Source of the DNA: Candidatus Xenobia bacterium
Lineage (GTDB): Bacteria; Vulcanimicrobiota; Xenobia; Xenobiales; JADMJV01
Length of the DNA: 64,000 bases
Assembly (NCBI GenBank): GCA_037968995.1
Contig: JBBKWP010000363.1
Coordinates: forward strand, 5,219 to 69,218
Reading direction: 5' to 3'
The notes under the pieces were generated by a model. The model was given only the letters and a program-made list of their open reading frames with translations. It was not told the origin of the DNA and did no database searches. The translations under genes and the position numbers were made by a program. Below are positions 45,915 to 55,455 of this stretch, in pieces (position 1 is the first letter of the stretch; every line of letters starts with the position of its first letter).

Positions 45915-47770
45915 CGACTGCTGGTCGGTGTGTCCTTGCCAAGGGTCATGAGAAACTCCGCGTTAGTCTTGGCGCGGCGCATTCTCTCAAGAACAGCTTC
46001 GGTCGGTTCCTGATTGTCACCGAGCAAGCTCAGGGCGCGACGCATCAGGATAATCTTCTGAAGCTCTTCTTCGGTCAGCAATTTGTCTTCACGACGAGTT
46101 CCCGACTTTTTGATGTCGATCGCGGGATAGACACGCTTCTCAGCCAGTCTTCGAGAGAGGTCGAGTTCCATATTTCCGGTACCCTTGAACTCTTCGAAGA
46201 TAACCTCATCCATTTTTGAGCCGGTGTCGATGAGAGCGGTCGCGATGATGGTAAGGCTGCCTCCGTTTTCGATATTACGGGCGGCTCCGAAAAACCGCTT
46301 AGGAGTTCGCAAGGCAGCGGTGTCAAGTCCACCACTCAAGGTTCGTCCGGACGGCGGAGTGATGTTGTTGTAAGCGCGACCCATGCGGGTCAAACTGTCC
46401 AGCAAAATCACGACGTCTTGACCCATCTCTACCATTCGCATCGCTTTGGCCAAAACCAATTCGGAGACGTGCGCGTGATGCTCGGGAGACTCGTCGAAGG
46501 TCGAGGCGATGACTTCACCGTCGATGGAACGTTCCATGTCCGTGACTTCCTCTGGGCGTTCGTCGATGAGCAACGCCATCAATGTCACTTCCGGGTAGTT
46601 TTCCGCGATGCCGTTAGCTATCTTCTTCAAGAGGATCGTCTTCCCGGCTTTCGGGGGAGCCACCAATAGGCCGCGTTGACCTTTACCGATGGGCGAGAAA
46701 AGGTCGATGATGCGACGGGAGTAGTCATTGACTGTGTCGCTCTCGAGTGTGTAACGTTCTTCCGGAAAAATAGGGGTGAGTTGGTCGAAGTTGGGGCGAC
46801 GACGAGCCGACTCGGGGTCGGTTCCGTTGACGGTGGCTACCTTGAGAAGTCCAAAGTATTTCTCGCCACTTTTCGGGGCGCGCACTTCGCCCAAGACCAT
46901 ATCGCCCATACGTAAGCCGAAGCGTCGAACTTGTGATACCGAGACGTAGATGTCGGAGTGACTGGGCAGGTAACGTCTTCCGCGCAGGAAGCCGTATCCT
47001 TCGGGCAAGAGTTCAAGGACACCGCTGGCATACAGAAGTCCGCGTTTTTCTCCCCGAGAACGTCCTCGACTGGAACCGCTGTCGTCATCCTCGTCTGAAT
47101 CGGAATCGGAGTCGGAGTCCTCGTCGGAACTGTTGCTGTCGTCGTCAGATTCCTGACGGGGGCGCTCGCGGTCTCGGCCGCCTCCCCTGCGTCGTCGGCG
47201 AGAGCGGTTGCGTGAATCAGACTCAGACTCTTCGGACTCCGTCTCGGAATCGCTATCGCTATCGGAATCATTGTCGGTATCTTTGTCCGCTTCGGTATTT
47301 TCCTCGGCATCGCGGCGGGGTCGCTCGCGGTCACCACGGTCGCGACGGCGGCTTCGTCGGCGGGGACGTCCACGAGACTCGTCGTCGGCACTGTCATCGT
47401 TGTCGCTGCGGTCGGAGCTATCGGACGTCTCAACTGCATCGCTTTCGGGCGCTTCAGCTACGGCGACAGAAGAATCAGACGTTCCTTGACGGGAGCGCCG
47501 CTTGCTGCGCGAGGGGCGCTGCTCTTGAGCGTCGTCTTCCTGGTCTTTGTCGGCGGACTTGGTAGCCGTCACTTTCTTGGCTGTCGAGGAAGATGAGGCC
47601 GATTTTTTCGGAGCGGGCGCATCCTCGGCGTCTGAGGCGTGCTCCATGATCAAGGCGATCATGTCATCTTTCCTCAGCTTTTGAAATCCTTTGAGACCCA
47701 ATTCTTTAGCTTTTTCCATCAATTCGACCCGATTAAGGTCTTTGAGGGAAGCCGTGGTCAACTTCGCCAT
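45911..47770 (-). CDS. rho: transcription termination factor Rho with ~200-aa highly charged N-terminal insertion domain
   Basis: Rho_N helix [41 protein letters not shown], Walker [19 protein letters not shown] 47770 chosen. The track start 47977 adds 69 non-family residues overlapping the upstream gene. Confidence 0.93.
47042..47635 (-). repeat. low-complexity Asp/Ser/Glu/Arg coding tract (Rho insertion domain)
   Basis: [38 protein letters not shown] and similar tracts. Boundaries estimated from residue counting. Confidence 0.7.
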
Positions 47771-47912
47771 GCGCGATTCTCCTTCGTGTTTTGAGGGGGC
47801 TGCTATCCGACTGAAGAACAGTCGAACACGCCCGTAATGAGGACTGTATTTTAGAGATTGCCCTCCCTCGTCGATCGTCACGGGTTGGTGACGATGGATT
47901 GGAAGGCGTGCC

Positions 47913-48962
47913 CTAATGACTAGGTAGTATCCGTTTCGAGCTACGAGCCAGCCAAAGGCTGAGCACCGAGAATGCAAGAAAGAACACTATTAGGACTCCG
48001 AGGTCTATGAGTCCATTCTCCACTTGACCTGCCATGAAAAAGCGAGTGCCTCGTTGCAGATAAAAAGCGGGGGAGAATGTGGCTGCCCGATTCAGGACCG
48101 TGCTCAACTCCTGGAGAGCCAGGGGTATGTAAATGACCATGAAGAGCGTGGAGGTCGCAGCGTTGGCCGCGGATTGATTCGTGCAGATGATTCCCACCAA
48201 GATTCCCAGTGCAGAAAAGCTCAGGCATCCGGCAATCAAATGGAGAAGGAGCAATGATGAGGGGAGAATGCTGTTCCCCAAGAGGACAGCTAAGGTGGAG
48301 ACGAACGCGAGCGTAAACCCGGCTCCCACCTTTCCTACCCAAAGTTCTACCATGCTGACAGGCGCTGTCAAGACCCCCAGCAGAGTTCTTTGTTCTTTTT
48401 CTTCAATAAATGAGGCGGAACAGACCATCAACCCTGACATTGCGGTAAAAACGAGCCAGTTGGGAAGCAGTCCTCTCGACCAGTCGTCTTGATCACTTTT
48501 TGTTGATAAAGCGCCGTTGATCTCAAGATCGACAGGAACATCTTGTTGAGCGATGGTACGAGCAGCCTCTTCGATGACTTTCGTCAGCAACGAGGTTCGT
48601 AGAGAATTCCTCTCTTTGACGGTCAAGGGTAGCACCGGAAATCGATTTTCCAGGATCTCCGAGCTGAGGTCGGTCGGGATCTCTAGAATTCCATCCACAA
48701 CGCCCTTTTCCAGGGCTTCTCGCCCCGCCTCCGCGGAGCCATATGAGCTAAGCTTTACAGCGTCAGAGGTAGCGAGAATGAGCCCGATACCCTCTCTTTG
48801 AGAGCCCACTAGCCCGAGACTGGGCTTGGCGAAGTCGTCTGACGCGGAGACACGAAGAAAAAGTATGCTGCAAACCACCGGGCCGATGAGTACCAGTAAA
48901 AAGGTGCTGTTTCGGAGGGCATCTTCGACGTCACGTCGCCAGATGGCCCAGGCTCGGCGCAA
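47913..48962 (-). CDS. ABC-2-type transporter permease
   Basis: One N-terminal TM, a ~150-aa extracytoplasmic loop, then five further hydrophobic segments. TTG start 3 nt after the upstream stop. Confidence 0.7.
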   Translation of the reverse strand: MRRAWAIWRRDVEDALRNSTFLLVLIGPVVCSILFLRVSASDDFAKPSLGLVGSQREGIGLILATSDAVKLSSYGSAEAGREALEKGVVDGILEIPTDLSSEILENRFPVLPLTVKERNSLRTSLLTKVIEEAARTIAQQDVPVDLEINGALSTKSDQDDWSRGLLPNWLVFTAMSGLMVCSASFIEEKEQRTLLGVLTAPVSMVELWVGKVGAGFTLAFVSTLAVLLGNSILPSSLLLLHLIAGCLSFSALGILVGIICTNQSAANAATSTLFMVIYIPLALQELSTVLNRAATFSPAFYLQRGTRFFMAGQVENGLIDLGVLIVFFLAFSVLSLWLARSSKRILPSH

Positions 48963-48965
48963 CGG

Positions 48966-49568
48966 CTACTCGGCTTCGTCGGAGGGTTCGGGAGGATCCA
49001 GTGGGGTTTCTTCCTGGTCAGCGATGGAAAAACTGTTGTCGAGGTCGCTCACTAGCAGTTCGACCTGATTGGAAGGCACTTCCATCAAGATGACGCGATG
49101 ACTTGGTTTCAGAACGGTCTTGGTTCCCGGCACCACTTCGAAGACCATCTTGTCATTGGCGTGGACCCGGTCAGCCATACGTTGAGCGGCGGCTTTCTGT
49201 TTATGGAATCCACCAAGGTAGAGAACCGTTCCGTCGTCGGAGTAACTGAGCTGTTTATGCCCAGCTTTACGCAGAATCTCAGCCAGCGGCTCAAGCAATG
49301 ACTTCTTCGTCGACGTCATAGCCAAGCGATAATCTGCTTCCACCGCGGTTTTACGCTTATCGGCCTTCACAATAGGCTCATACCCAGCCTTTTTGAACGC
49401 GGCCGCGACTCCTTCGGCTTGAGTCGCGTCGTCCACCCAAAGCACGAGCTTCGACTTCTCTTCCGATGGAGCGGGGCCGCTGGTGATTTTAAGGTAGGCG
49501 AGAGCTCCAGCATCCAGAACTAATAGTAGTCCTACAACGCCTATCAGTACTCTTCGAATGTTCGCCAT
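48966..49568 (-). CDS. membrane-anchored hypothetical protein (possibly SPOR-like repeats)
   Basis: TM VLIGVVGLLLVLDAGALAYL. Two alpha/beta-like units (LWVDDATQAEGVAAAFKKAGYEPIV and YLGGFHKQKAAAQRMADRV). Acidic tail. The domain call is tentative. Confidence 0.5.
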   Translation of the reverse strand: MANIRRVLIGVVGLLLVLDAGALAYLKITSGPAPSEEKSKLVLWVDDATQAEGVAAAFKKAGYEPIVKADKRKTAVEADYRLAMTSTKKSLLEPLAEILRKAGHKQLSYSDDGTVLYLGGFHKQKAAAQRMADRVHANDKMVFEVVPGTKTVLKPSHRVILMEVPSNQVELLVSDLDNSFSIADQEETPLDPPEPSDEAE

Positions 49569-49623
49569 AATCTCTTCACTCTCCGCATCGGTTTCTTCGC
49601 TCTATTTACCCCGAAGTGCTATG

Positions 49624-50387
49624 TCACTCCTGCCGGGACTTACGTTTGTCGGCCAAGGCCAGGAGTCTTCTTCGCAGGCCTCCGGCTTCTACGCCGGCGA
49701 CCTCCTCCACAGTGCCTGTGTGAGAGGCTTTCCCTCCGTCAAGAAGAACCACCCTGCCGCACAGGGCCTCGACTTCTTCCACGCGGTGGCTGGTCATCAG
49801 CACTCCTCCCCCTTCGCTTGCAAAGCGTCTGATGTCTTCGTAAAGCTCGTCCGTCGCCCCAGGGTCCAGGCCATCAGACGGTTCGTCGAGGAGCAACAGC
49901 TTGGGATTATGCAGAGTCGCTCTGGCCAGATTGAGCCGTTGTTGATAACCTTTGGAAAGCTGACCTGCCGGCCGGTCGGCAAAGGCTGTGAGACCATAGC
50001 GGGTGAGATGAGCTTCGAGATTGATGGAGTGACCGTGAAGCTCCGCAAAGAAGGCCAAATTTCTACGAACGCTCAAGCGGTTGTAGTGTCCGGCGCCTGA
50101 GTGCACCACACCCACCTGGGAGCACCAGCTTCTGTCAGACTTGGGTCGGACGCCGGCGATCAAGACTCGCCATCAGTGGGCTCGAGAAAGCCCGTCGCCA
50201 AAAGGAATGTGGTGGTCTTGCCGCTGCCGTTGACTCCTAGAAACCCGACAACTTCGCCCCCCTTCACACTCAGGTCGAGCCCGTTGAGGACGCCATGTTT
50301 CCCGTAGGAAAAGTGGACCGAGCGAAATTCTAGGAGGGATGTCGGTTCGCAAAGACCGTCTCGAGGACTCACGGAACTCGAGGGCAC
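49624..50387 (-). pseudogene. ABC transporter ATP-binding protein interrupted by a 1-nt frameshift
   Basis: Walker A half (FLGVNGSGKTT...GFLEPTDGES, stop at 50160-50162) and the remainder (LIAGVRPKS...Q-loop, LSKGYQQRL, LLLLDEPSDGLD, TSH) lie in adjacent frames. They abut at 50160-50165 (gagtcTTGAtc). Restoring one base would read PTDGE-x-LIAGV, as in intact homologues. A GTG start at 50387 or 50372 is likely. Confidence 0.75.
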
Positions 50388-51091
50388 TACATGTAGCCCC
50401 AGTCCTCTTCGAGTTGGGCGCGGAAGCTTCGATTGAGTCGCATAGCTTCGTTCAGTTTCTCGTTGCCTTCCCACATCAACAGTAGGGACGCGTCGAGTAT
50501 GCTTTGTTCGGCGTCGCCGTTGGCGAAGGCGCACATCGCTTCCATAGCCTCTTCGAAATCAAGAATTCCGGTCAATCCCAAGTCCACTTCATCGGAGTGA
50601 TGATCGTAGTATCCAGAATCCCGAATCATCTCCATGTAGTTGTTTCTTTGGCCTTCCAGTTTGCCCTTGATGCCCTTGAGCCAAGCTGAGAAATCTTCTC
50701 TCCGGATGCCGCCTAAGCGCACGGCCTCGACCTGTTTGGCAAAGTCGTCGTAACGATGTGTGAGGTCGTTCTCGTGACCTCGAGGTGCGGGGAGGTTGAG
50801 GGGATCTTTGGCATCGATATTGAGTTGGCAATGCGGACATTTGGTGGTTTCCACCGGTACCGTCGCGTCACAAAACGGACAGTTCTTGATCTCCCCGGAA
50901 AGGGCTTCAGGATCGACCGGTTCCCCTCCGTCGGTCGATGCCGACGGCTGAGCAGGGATTGAGGGGTCGACTGATGAGGCCTCGGGCTCCGAAGATGGGG
51001 GCTCTTTCCCTCCGGGCAGGGGCTGCCCACACGAGTGACACTCGGGGCTACCGGGACTATTTGCCGCGCCGCAGAAAAAACAGACCTGCAT
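50387..51091 (-). CDS. double zinc-ribbon protein with uncharacterised C-terminal helical domain
   Basis: CFFCGA..CHSCG and CPFCDA..CPHCQ pairs separated by a Pro/Ser/Glu linker. No family recognised for residues ~110-234. Confidence 0.65.
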   Translation of the reverse strand: MQVCFFCGAANSPGSPECHSCGQPLPGGKEPPSSEPEASSVDPSIPAQPSASTDGGEPVDPEALSGEIKNCPFCDATVPVETTKCPHCQLNIDAKDPLNLPAPRGHENDLTHRYDDFAKQVEAVRLGGIRREDFSAWLKGIKGKLEGQRNNYMEMIRDSGYYDHHSDEVDLGLTGILDFEEAMEAMCAFANGDAEQSILDASLLLMWEGNEKLNEAMRLNRSFRAQLEEDWGYM

Positions 51092-51160
51092 TCCTCATCC
51101 TTCCCGAGCGGCTTTCAACGGTTAAGATCCTGTCCCTCCCGGCGTGGCGGGCTGGAGTTA

Positions 51161-51838
51161 TCACCGAGTCCCCTCTCTAAGTTTCCCGCGCTCTAAGGTT
51201 AGAATCCTTTGGGCGAATTGGGCAGCCTGTTGGTCATGAGTGACCATAACTATTGTAATAGTACGTTCCTGATGGATCTGACGAAACACCTCCAAGACTT
51301 CCATAGTGGAGGTGGCATCGAGATTACCAGTCGGCTCATCGGCCAAGAGCAGTTCGGGAAGGTTGCCGAGGGCTCTGGCGATGGCAGTCTTTTGACGTTG
51401 GCCTCCAGAGAGTGTCCCAGTCAATTGGTCTCTTTCTCGCTCCATCCCGATGAGGCGCAAGAGTTCCCGCGCCCTTTGTCGGGATTCGGCTCCACTGAGC
51501 CCGGCCAGTTGCATGGGGAGAGTAATGTTCTCGAGAACTGTCAAAGCGGAAAGAAGTCGAAAGTCCTGGAACACAAACCCTAAGTGCCGCAGTCGGATCT
51601 TTTCTCTGAGGGACTCACCATCTTTGGCGACATCACGGTCTCCCAGGTGGATTTCGCCGTGATCCGGGTAGTCGAGGCAACCCATAAGATATAATAGGCT
51701 ACTTTTCCCGGCCCCGCTGGGCCCGGTGACGGCGACAAATTGGCCAGAGGGGATCACCAGGTCAACACCGTCGAGCACTTTGTTTGGTCTAGGACCGCTG
51801 TCATAGAGCTTATGGACGCCGCGCAGAACGACTTTCAT
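51161..51838 (-). CDS. ABC transporter ATP-binding protein, MacB/LolD/FtsE-like
   Basis: GPSGAGKSSLL, LSGGQRQKTAIARAL, LLLADEPTGNLD, VTHD. Confidence 0.9.
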   Translation of the reverse strand: MKVVLRGVHKLYDSGPRPNKVLDGVDLVIPSGQFVAVTGPSGAGKSSLLYLMGCLDYPDHGEIHLGDRDVAKDGESLREKIRLRHLGFVFQDFRLLSALTVLENITLPMQLAGLSGAESRQRARELLRLIGMERERDQLTGTLSGGQRQKTAIARALGNLPELLLADEPTGNLDATSTMEVLEVFRQIHQERTITIVMVTHDQQAAQFAQRILTLERGKLREGTR

Positions 51839-51842
51839 GGTG

Positions 51843-53162
51843 TCACATCCCCTTCCGAAGCTGAGCGACCAGGTCGATTCGGCTCACGATGAAACACGGA
51901 ATGATGGCTCCCACTAGGCCGACAATGAATGATAGGCCCAAGGCCTGCAACATCAACATAGGAGTGACGCCAGCCATGGGGTAGGGAATCTCCAGAAGAA
52001 TCCCTACGGCTTTGTCGAGGACGCCAGTTGCGAGATAGCCAAAGAGGAGACCCAAAAATCCCCCCGTGACGTTTAAGAAGATCGCTTCGTAGATAATCGT
52101 TAACGCGATCACTCTTCGGGATGCTCCAACGGCCCGTAAAGTGGCGTACTCTCCCAATCGTTCATAGGTGGACATCAGCATGGTGTTCATGCTGGCAGTG
52201 ATCGCGATGAGAACGCCAACCATAGAGACAGCCACCTGTAGCAGCCATCCGTAGCCAAGGTAGTCTCTGGCGGCGCTAAGGTACTGTCGCCGTGTCAGCA
52301 CCTTAATTTTCTGTACTCCCCCGTACTCGTTGTTTGCCGTCTCAGCTTCTTGGAATTTGGCGACCACGGATTCGATGGCGACTTTGGCTTGTTCGACCTG
52401 GTCTTCGTTGTTCAAGGTGATCCAGTACTCGTGAACTCCACGGTCTGAGCGCTGCTCTTGGAAGCTCTCAATGGGCGCCAGGATAGTGTAGTCCAAGAAC
52501 CCGTCGGCCCCCATGCTTTCGCCTACACGAAAAGGGATGTCTTCGATCAGTATAACTCCGTTGCTCATCTGCTCTTCAATCTCTTTGACCAATCCGCGTC
52601 CCACGATCAGTTTGCGCGGAACGGGCTTTTTATCACCGAGAGTGGCGACCGGTTTGTCGAGGTTCGGATTCCCTGGCCGTGATGTTGAATTGGGTGTCGC
52701 GGGAGCCTTTGGAGATTTGTCAGCGGGGTCCGATTTGGCGTGATTGAGATCGTGCGGAGGGTAGGAGAAGCGAGCCCCTTTGAACACGACGGGTGCGTCC
52801 TCTAACGGCATCGCGATGACCGGAATCAAAGTCCGCGTGGCGTCGAACGTCGAACGAATCACGGGGGTCACGGTACGGATGGAGGGCACTTCTCGAAGGG
52901 ATGCGCCGAGTTCCTTTCGTAAAGCAGGCCCCCCTCCACCGTTGCCCGACATGGGGCTGGCCGGTAAAGCCGATGATCGATTGGTGCTGACATAGATGTG
53001 CACTTCGCGGCTTCCTAGTTCTCGCTCCACCCTTTGGGTGAAGCCGGCCGCCAGCGACACTAGAGCGACAAAAGACCCGATGGCGAGAATGACTCCGACC
53101 AGGGTCAATAGGCTTCGTTCTTTGTTCCGAAGAACGTTTCGAAAAGCTAGACTCGCGATCAC
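51843..53162 (-). CDS. FtsX-family ABC permease (MacB/LolCE-like) with large periplasmic domain
   Basis: SLAFRNVLRNKERSLLTLVGVILAIG N-terminus, ~270-aa extracytoplasmic domain, C-terminal FtsX 3-TM bundle. GTG 53162 overlaps the mpg stop (GTGA). ATG 53219 is the alternative and would overlap mpg by 61 nt. Confidence 0.85.
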   Translation of the reverse strand: MIASLAFRNVLRNKERSLLTLVGVILAIGSFVALVSLAAGFTQRVERELGSREVHIYVSTNRSSALPASPMSGNGGGGPALRKELGASLREVPSIRTVTPVIRSTFDATRTLIPVIAMPLEDAPVVFKGARFSYPPHDLNHAKSDPADKSPKAPATPNSTSRPGNPNLDKPVATLGDKKPVPRKLIVGRGLVKEIEEQMSNGVILIEDIPFRVGESMGADGFLDYTILAPIESFQEQRSDRGVHEYWITLNNEDQVEQAKVAIESVVAKFQEAETANNEYGGVQKIKVLTRRQYLSAARDYLGYGWLLQVAVSMVGVLIAITASMNTMLMSTYERLGEYATLRAVGASRRVIALTIIYEAIFLNVTGGFLGLLFGYLATGVLDKAVGILLEIPYPMAGVTPMLMLQALGLSFIVGLVGAIIPCFIVSRIDLVAQLRKGM

Positions 53163-53749
53163 CTGCGACTCCTGCGGGAGACTTCGGACGAATGTTTCAG
53201 CCAGAACCTGAGCGGCCATTCCACGGCTTTACTGATCCCAATCCGAGGACCACGGTCAATTTCGTGTTCGGAGATTTCCACAGAGGGCGGCGTTAGCCGG
53301 ACCGGGCCGGAGGCCAATGATAGACCGCTCCAACTCAACTGGAGGCCTAGGGCTTGGCCCAGTCGACCAGGTCCGTTGGCAAGATTGTCCGCACGGCCCC
53401 TACGTGCGACAACGATATCTCTGCCGTGGAGAACTTCCCCCGCGCGAATCAAGACCGCACCAGGACAACCTGGTGTATGACAGACCACGTTGAAGCAGAG
53501 GTGAATGCCGTAGCTACGGTAGATATAGTTGTGTCCTGTTGGACCGAACATCGCTTGATTGCGGGTAGTCTTACCTGCGAACGCGTGGGAGGCGGGATCG
53601 AGAAAACCGAGGTAGGCTTCAATTTCGACAATGGTGATGACCACCTGATCGCATTGAAGTTTCCATCCCAGAAGTTCTGGAGCGACCACTTCAGGGGAGC
53701 GAGCAAAGAAATCGACGGTCCGCTGACCACTTAGCTCGCTGCGAACCAA
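53159..53749 (-). CDS. mpg: DNA-3-methyladenine glycosylase (MPG/AAG family)
   Basis: FFARSPEVVAPELLGWKL, IVEIEAYLGFLDPASHAF, RNQAMFGPTGHNYIYRSYGIHLCFNVV, NGPGRLGQALG. A TTG at 53749 gives a family-typical length. The track start 53980 overlaps polX by 250 nt. Confidence 0.85.
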   Translation of the reverse strand: MVRSELSGQRTVDFFARSPEVVAPELLGWKLQCDQVVITIVEIEAYLGFLDPASHAFAGKTTRNQAMFGPTGHNYIYRSYGIHLCFNVVCHTPGCPGAVLIRAGEVLHGRDIVVARRGRADNLANGPGRLGQALGLQLSWSGLSLASGPVRLTPPSVEISEHEIDRGPRIGISKAVEWPLRFWLKHSSEVSRRSRR

Positions 53750-55416
53750 GTCTTGAGTCGCTCCGCGGGCCAAGTGTTGATGACGCGATCCTTGCTGAGA
53801 CCGGCTCGACGGGCCATGTCCACGCCGTGGCGCAAGTTTGCAAACTCCCCCAAGGAGTGAGCATCGGTGTTGATAGCGATAAAACAACCCGCATCGACCG
53901 CCAAGTCTAGAAGGGATTCGCTGAGGTCCAGTCGCCTGGGGTTGGCGTTGATTTCGATCGCGACTTCGTGTTTCGCGCAATGGTCGAAGACCACTTTCCA
54001 GTCCGCGACATATCCTTCTCGTTTGCCGATCAGTCGTCCGGTCGGATGCGCCCAGATTTTAACTTTGGGATGTTGCAAGCCGCGAAGGAGACGATCCGTC
54101 ATGGTGCGGCCGTCGAGATGGAACATCGAATGCACGGCCCCCACGACATAGTCTAGTTGCTCTAAGACGTCGTCGGGGTAGTCGAGAGTTCCATCCTCTA
54201 AGATATCGCATTCGTTGCCCATGAAGAGGTCAAAGTCGTGATGGGCTTGATTCCAGGTTTTTACACGCTGAGCTTGCTCGAGGAGTCTTTCGACGGTCAG
54301 ACCGTTGGCGATGACGAGCGAGCGAGAGTGATCGGTAACTCCATAATAGCTGTGGCCCCTTCGGAGCGCCTCGGAGACCATGGCCTCAAAGCTTTCCTGA
54401 CCATCAGAATCTGTGCTATGGGCGTGCAGATTCCCTAAAATGTGGCTCACCTCTATCAACTCGACGGGAACGCTTGACCAAAGGTCCTGGCGGTGACGGA
54501 CCTCCGGTGCCGTGTTGATAATCCCAAAATAGTTTAGCATAGAAGTTTCGTCAGTAGGCTGATTTTGGTCCGATGTTTGGCTGAGAGCCTTAATGTGGTC
54601 GACCAACTCCGGAGGGCCCGTCAGATTCATCATCTCCCAAGGAGCGTCACTGGGAAGACACAAAGAGACCTTGACTGGGCAACCCGAGGGATGTTGAAGC
54701 TCAAAGGACCCGTCTCCTACCACGAAATCCGTTTTCTCACTCTCGAGGCGTTCGGCGAGCGCTTTTTCAGTCTGCTCGCAAGCCGAGGTGACAACTAAGA
54801 TGTCGATCTGGGTCGTCTCCGGGACCTTGCGCCGAACCTCGCCCACCACGGAAACGTTTTCCACCGCGACGAGGTCTTTCAGGCTCTCAAGAATCTGCTG
54901 GGACCATTTTTCCGCCTGACTTTTGAGGTACGTCGGGACACGATCTGCTGCCCGTTCTACTTCGAGAAGGAGCTTCTCTTGCATTCTCTTGGAGAAGCCT
55001 TTGAGCTCAGAAACTTTGTCGGTCGACAGCGCCTCCCTCAGGTCATCAAGTGAAGTGACGCCGAGTTCCTTGTGAAGGAGAGCCGTCTTTTTGGGACCCA
55101 AGCCCGCTAAGTTGGAGACGGCCAAAAGGCCGACCGGAATTTCCGCCCGCAGCTCTTCCAGCAAGGGAATGGTCCCATGCTCTAAAAAAGACTCAAGCTT
55201 CTCGGCGATAGCCTTCCCCACCCCCGGAATCGTTTCCAAAGCATCCCGCTCCCGCAGGCTGGCAAGGTCCGTTTCCAGTTGGCGTAAGACCGAAGCCGCC
55301 TTGACATAGGCCTTGATTTTAAAGCGATTTTCGCCACGCAGCTCAAGATACTCAGCGATCTCAGAGAACGCGAGCGCGGCGCGATCGTTTGTGGGAAAAA
55401 CAGCGGTGGTCGTCAT
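53731..55416 (-). CDS. polX: DNA polymerase X family protein with C-terminal PHP domain
   Basis: HhH region IPGVGKAIAEKL and LAGLGPKKTALL. PHP motifs LHAHSTDSDG, VTDHS and NTDAHS. Confidence 0.88.
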   Translation of the reverse strand: MTTTAVFPTNDRAALAFSEIAEYLELRGENRFKIKAYVKAASVLRQLETDLASLRERDALETIPGVGKAIAEKLESFLEHGTIPLLEELRAEIPVGLLAVSNLAGLGPKKTALLHKELGVTSLDDLREALSTDKVSELKGFSKRMQEKLLLEVERAADRVPTYLKSQAEKWSQQILESLKDLVAVENVSVVGEVRRKVPETTQIDILVVTSACEQTEKALAERLESEKTDFVVGDGSFELQHPSGCPVKVSLCLPSDAPWEMMNLTGPPELVDHIKALSQTSDQNQPTDETSMLNYFGIINTAPEVRHRQDLWSSVPVELIEVSHILGNLHAHSTDSDGQESFEAMVSEALRRGHSYYGVTDHSRSLVIANGLTVERLLEQAQRVKTWNQAHHDFDLFMGNECDILEDGTLDYPDDVLEQLDYVVGAVHSMFHLDGRTMTDRLLRGLQHPKVKIWAHPTGRLIGKREGYVADWKVVFDHCAKHEVAIEINANPRRLDLSESLLDLAVDAGCFIAINTDAHSLGEFANLRHGVDMARRAGLSKDRVINTWPAERLKTWFAAS

Positions 55417-55455
55417 GGGGCTACGCTAGGGGCCGGGGGCCAGTTTGGCCAAAGC

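Noticed and set aside
46837-47565. 200-aa (minus, off-frame) and 210-aa (plus) ORFs across the Rho insertion region
   Set aside because: These are alternative frames of the GA/GC-repetitive Asp/Ser/Arg-coding tract. The rho frame is continuous with the conserved Rho_N and OB/ATPase domains.
47771-47977. 69-codon 5' extension of rho
   Set aside because: The family-typical Rho_N helix starts at the ATG at 47770. The extension overlaps the ABC-2 permease 3' end and has no homology.
53750-53980. 77-codon 5' extension of the mpg ORF
   Set aside because: It would overlap polX by ~250 nt. The MPG family N-terminus begins about 27 aa before LLGWKL.
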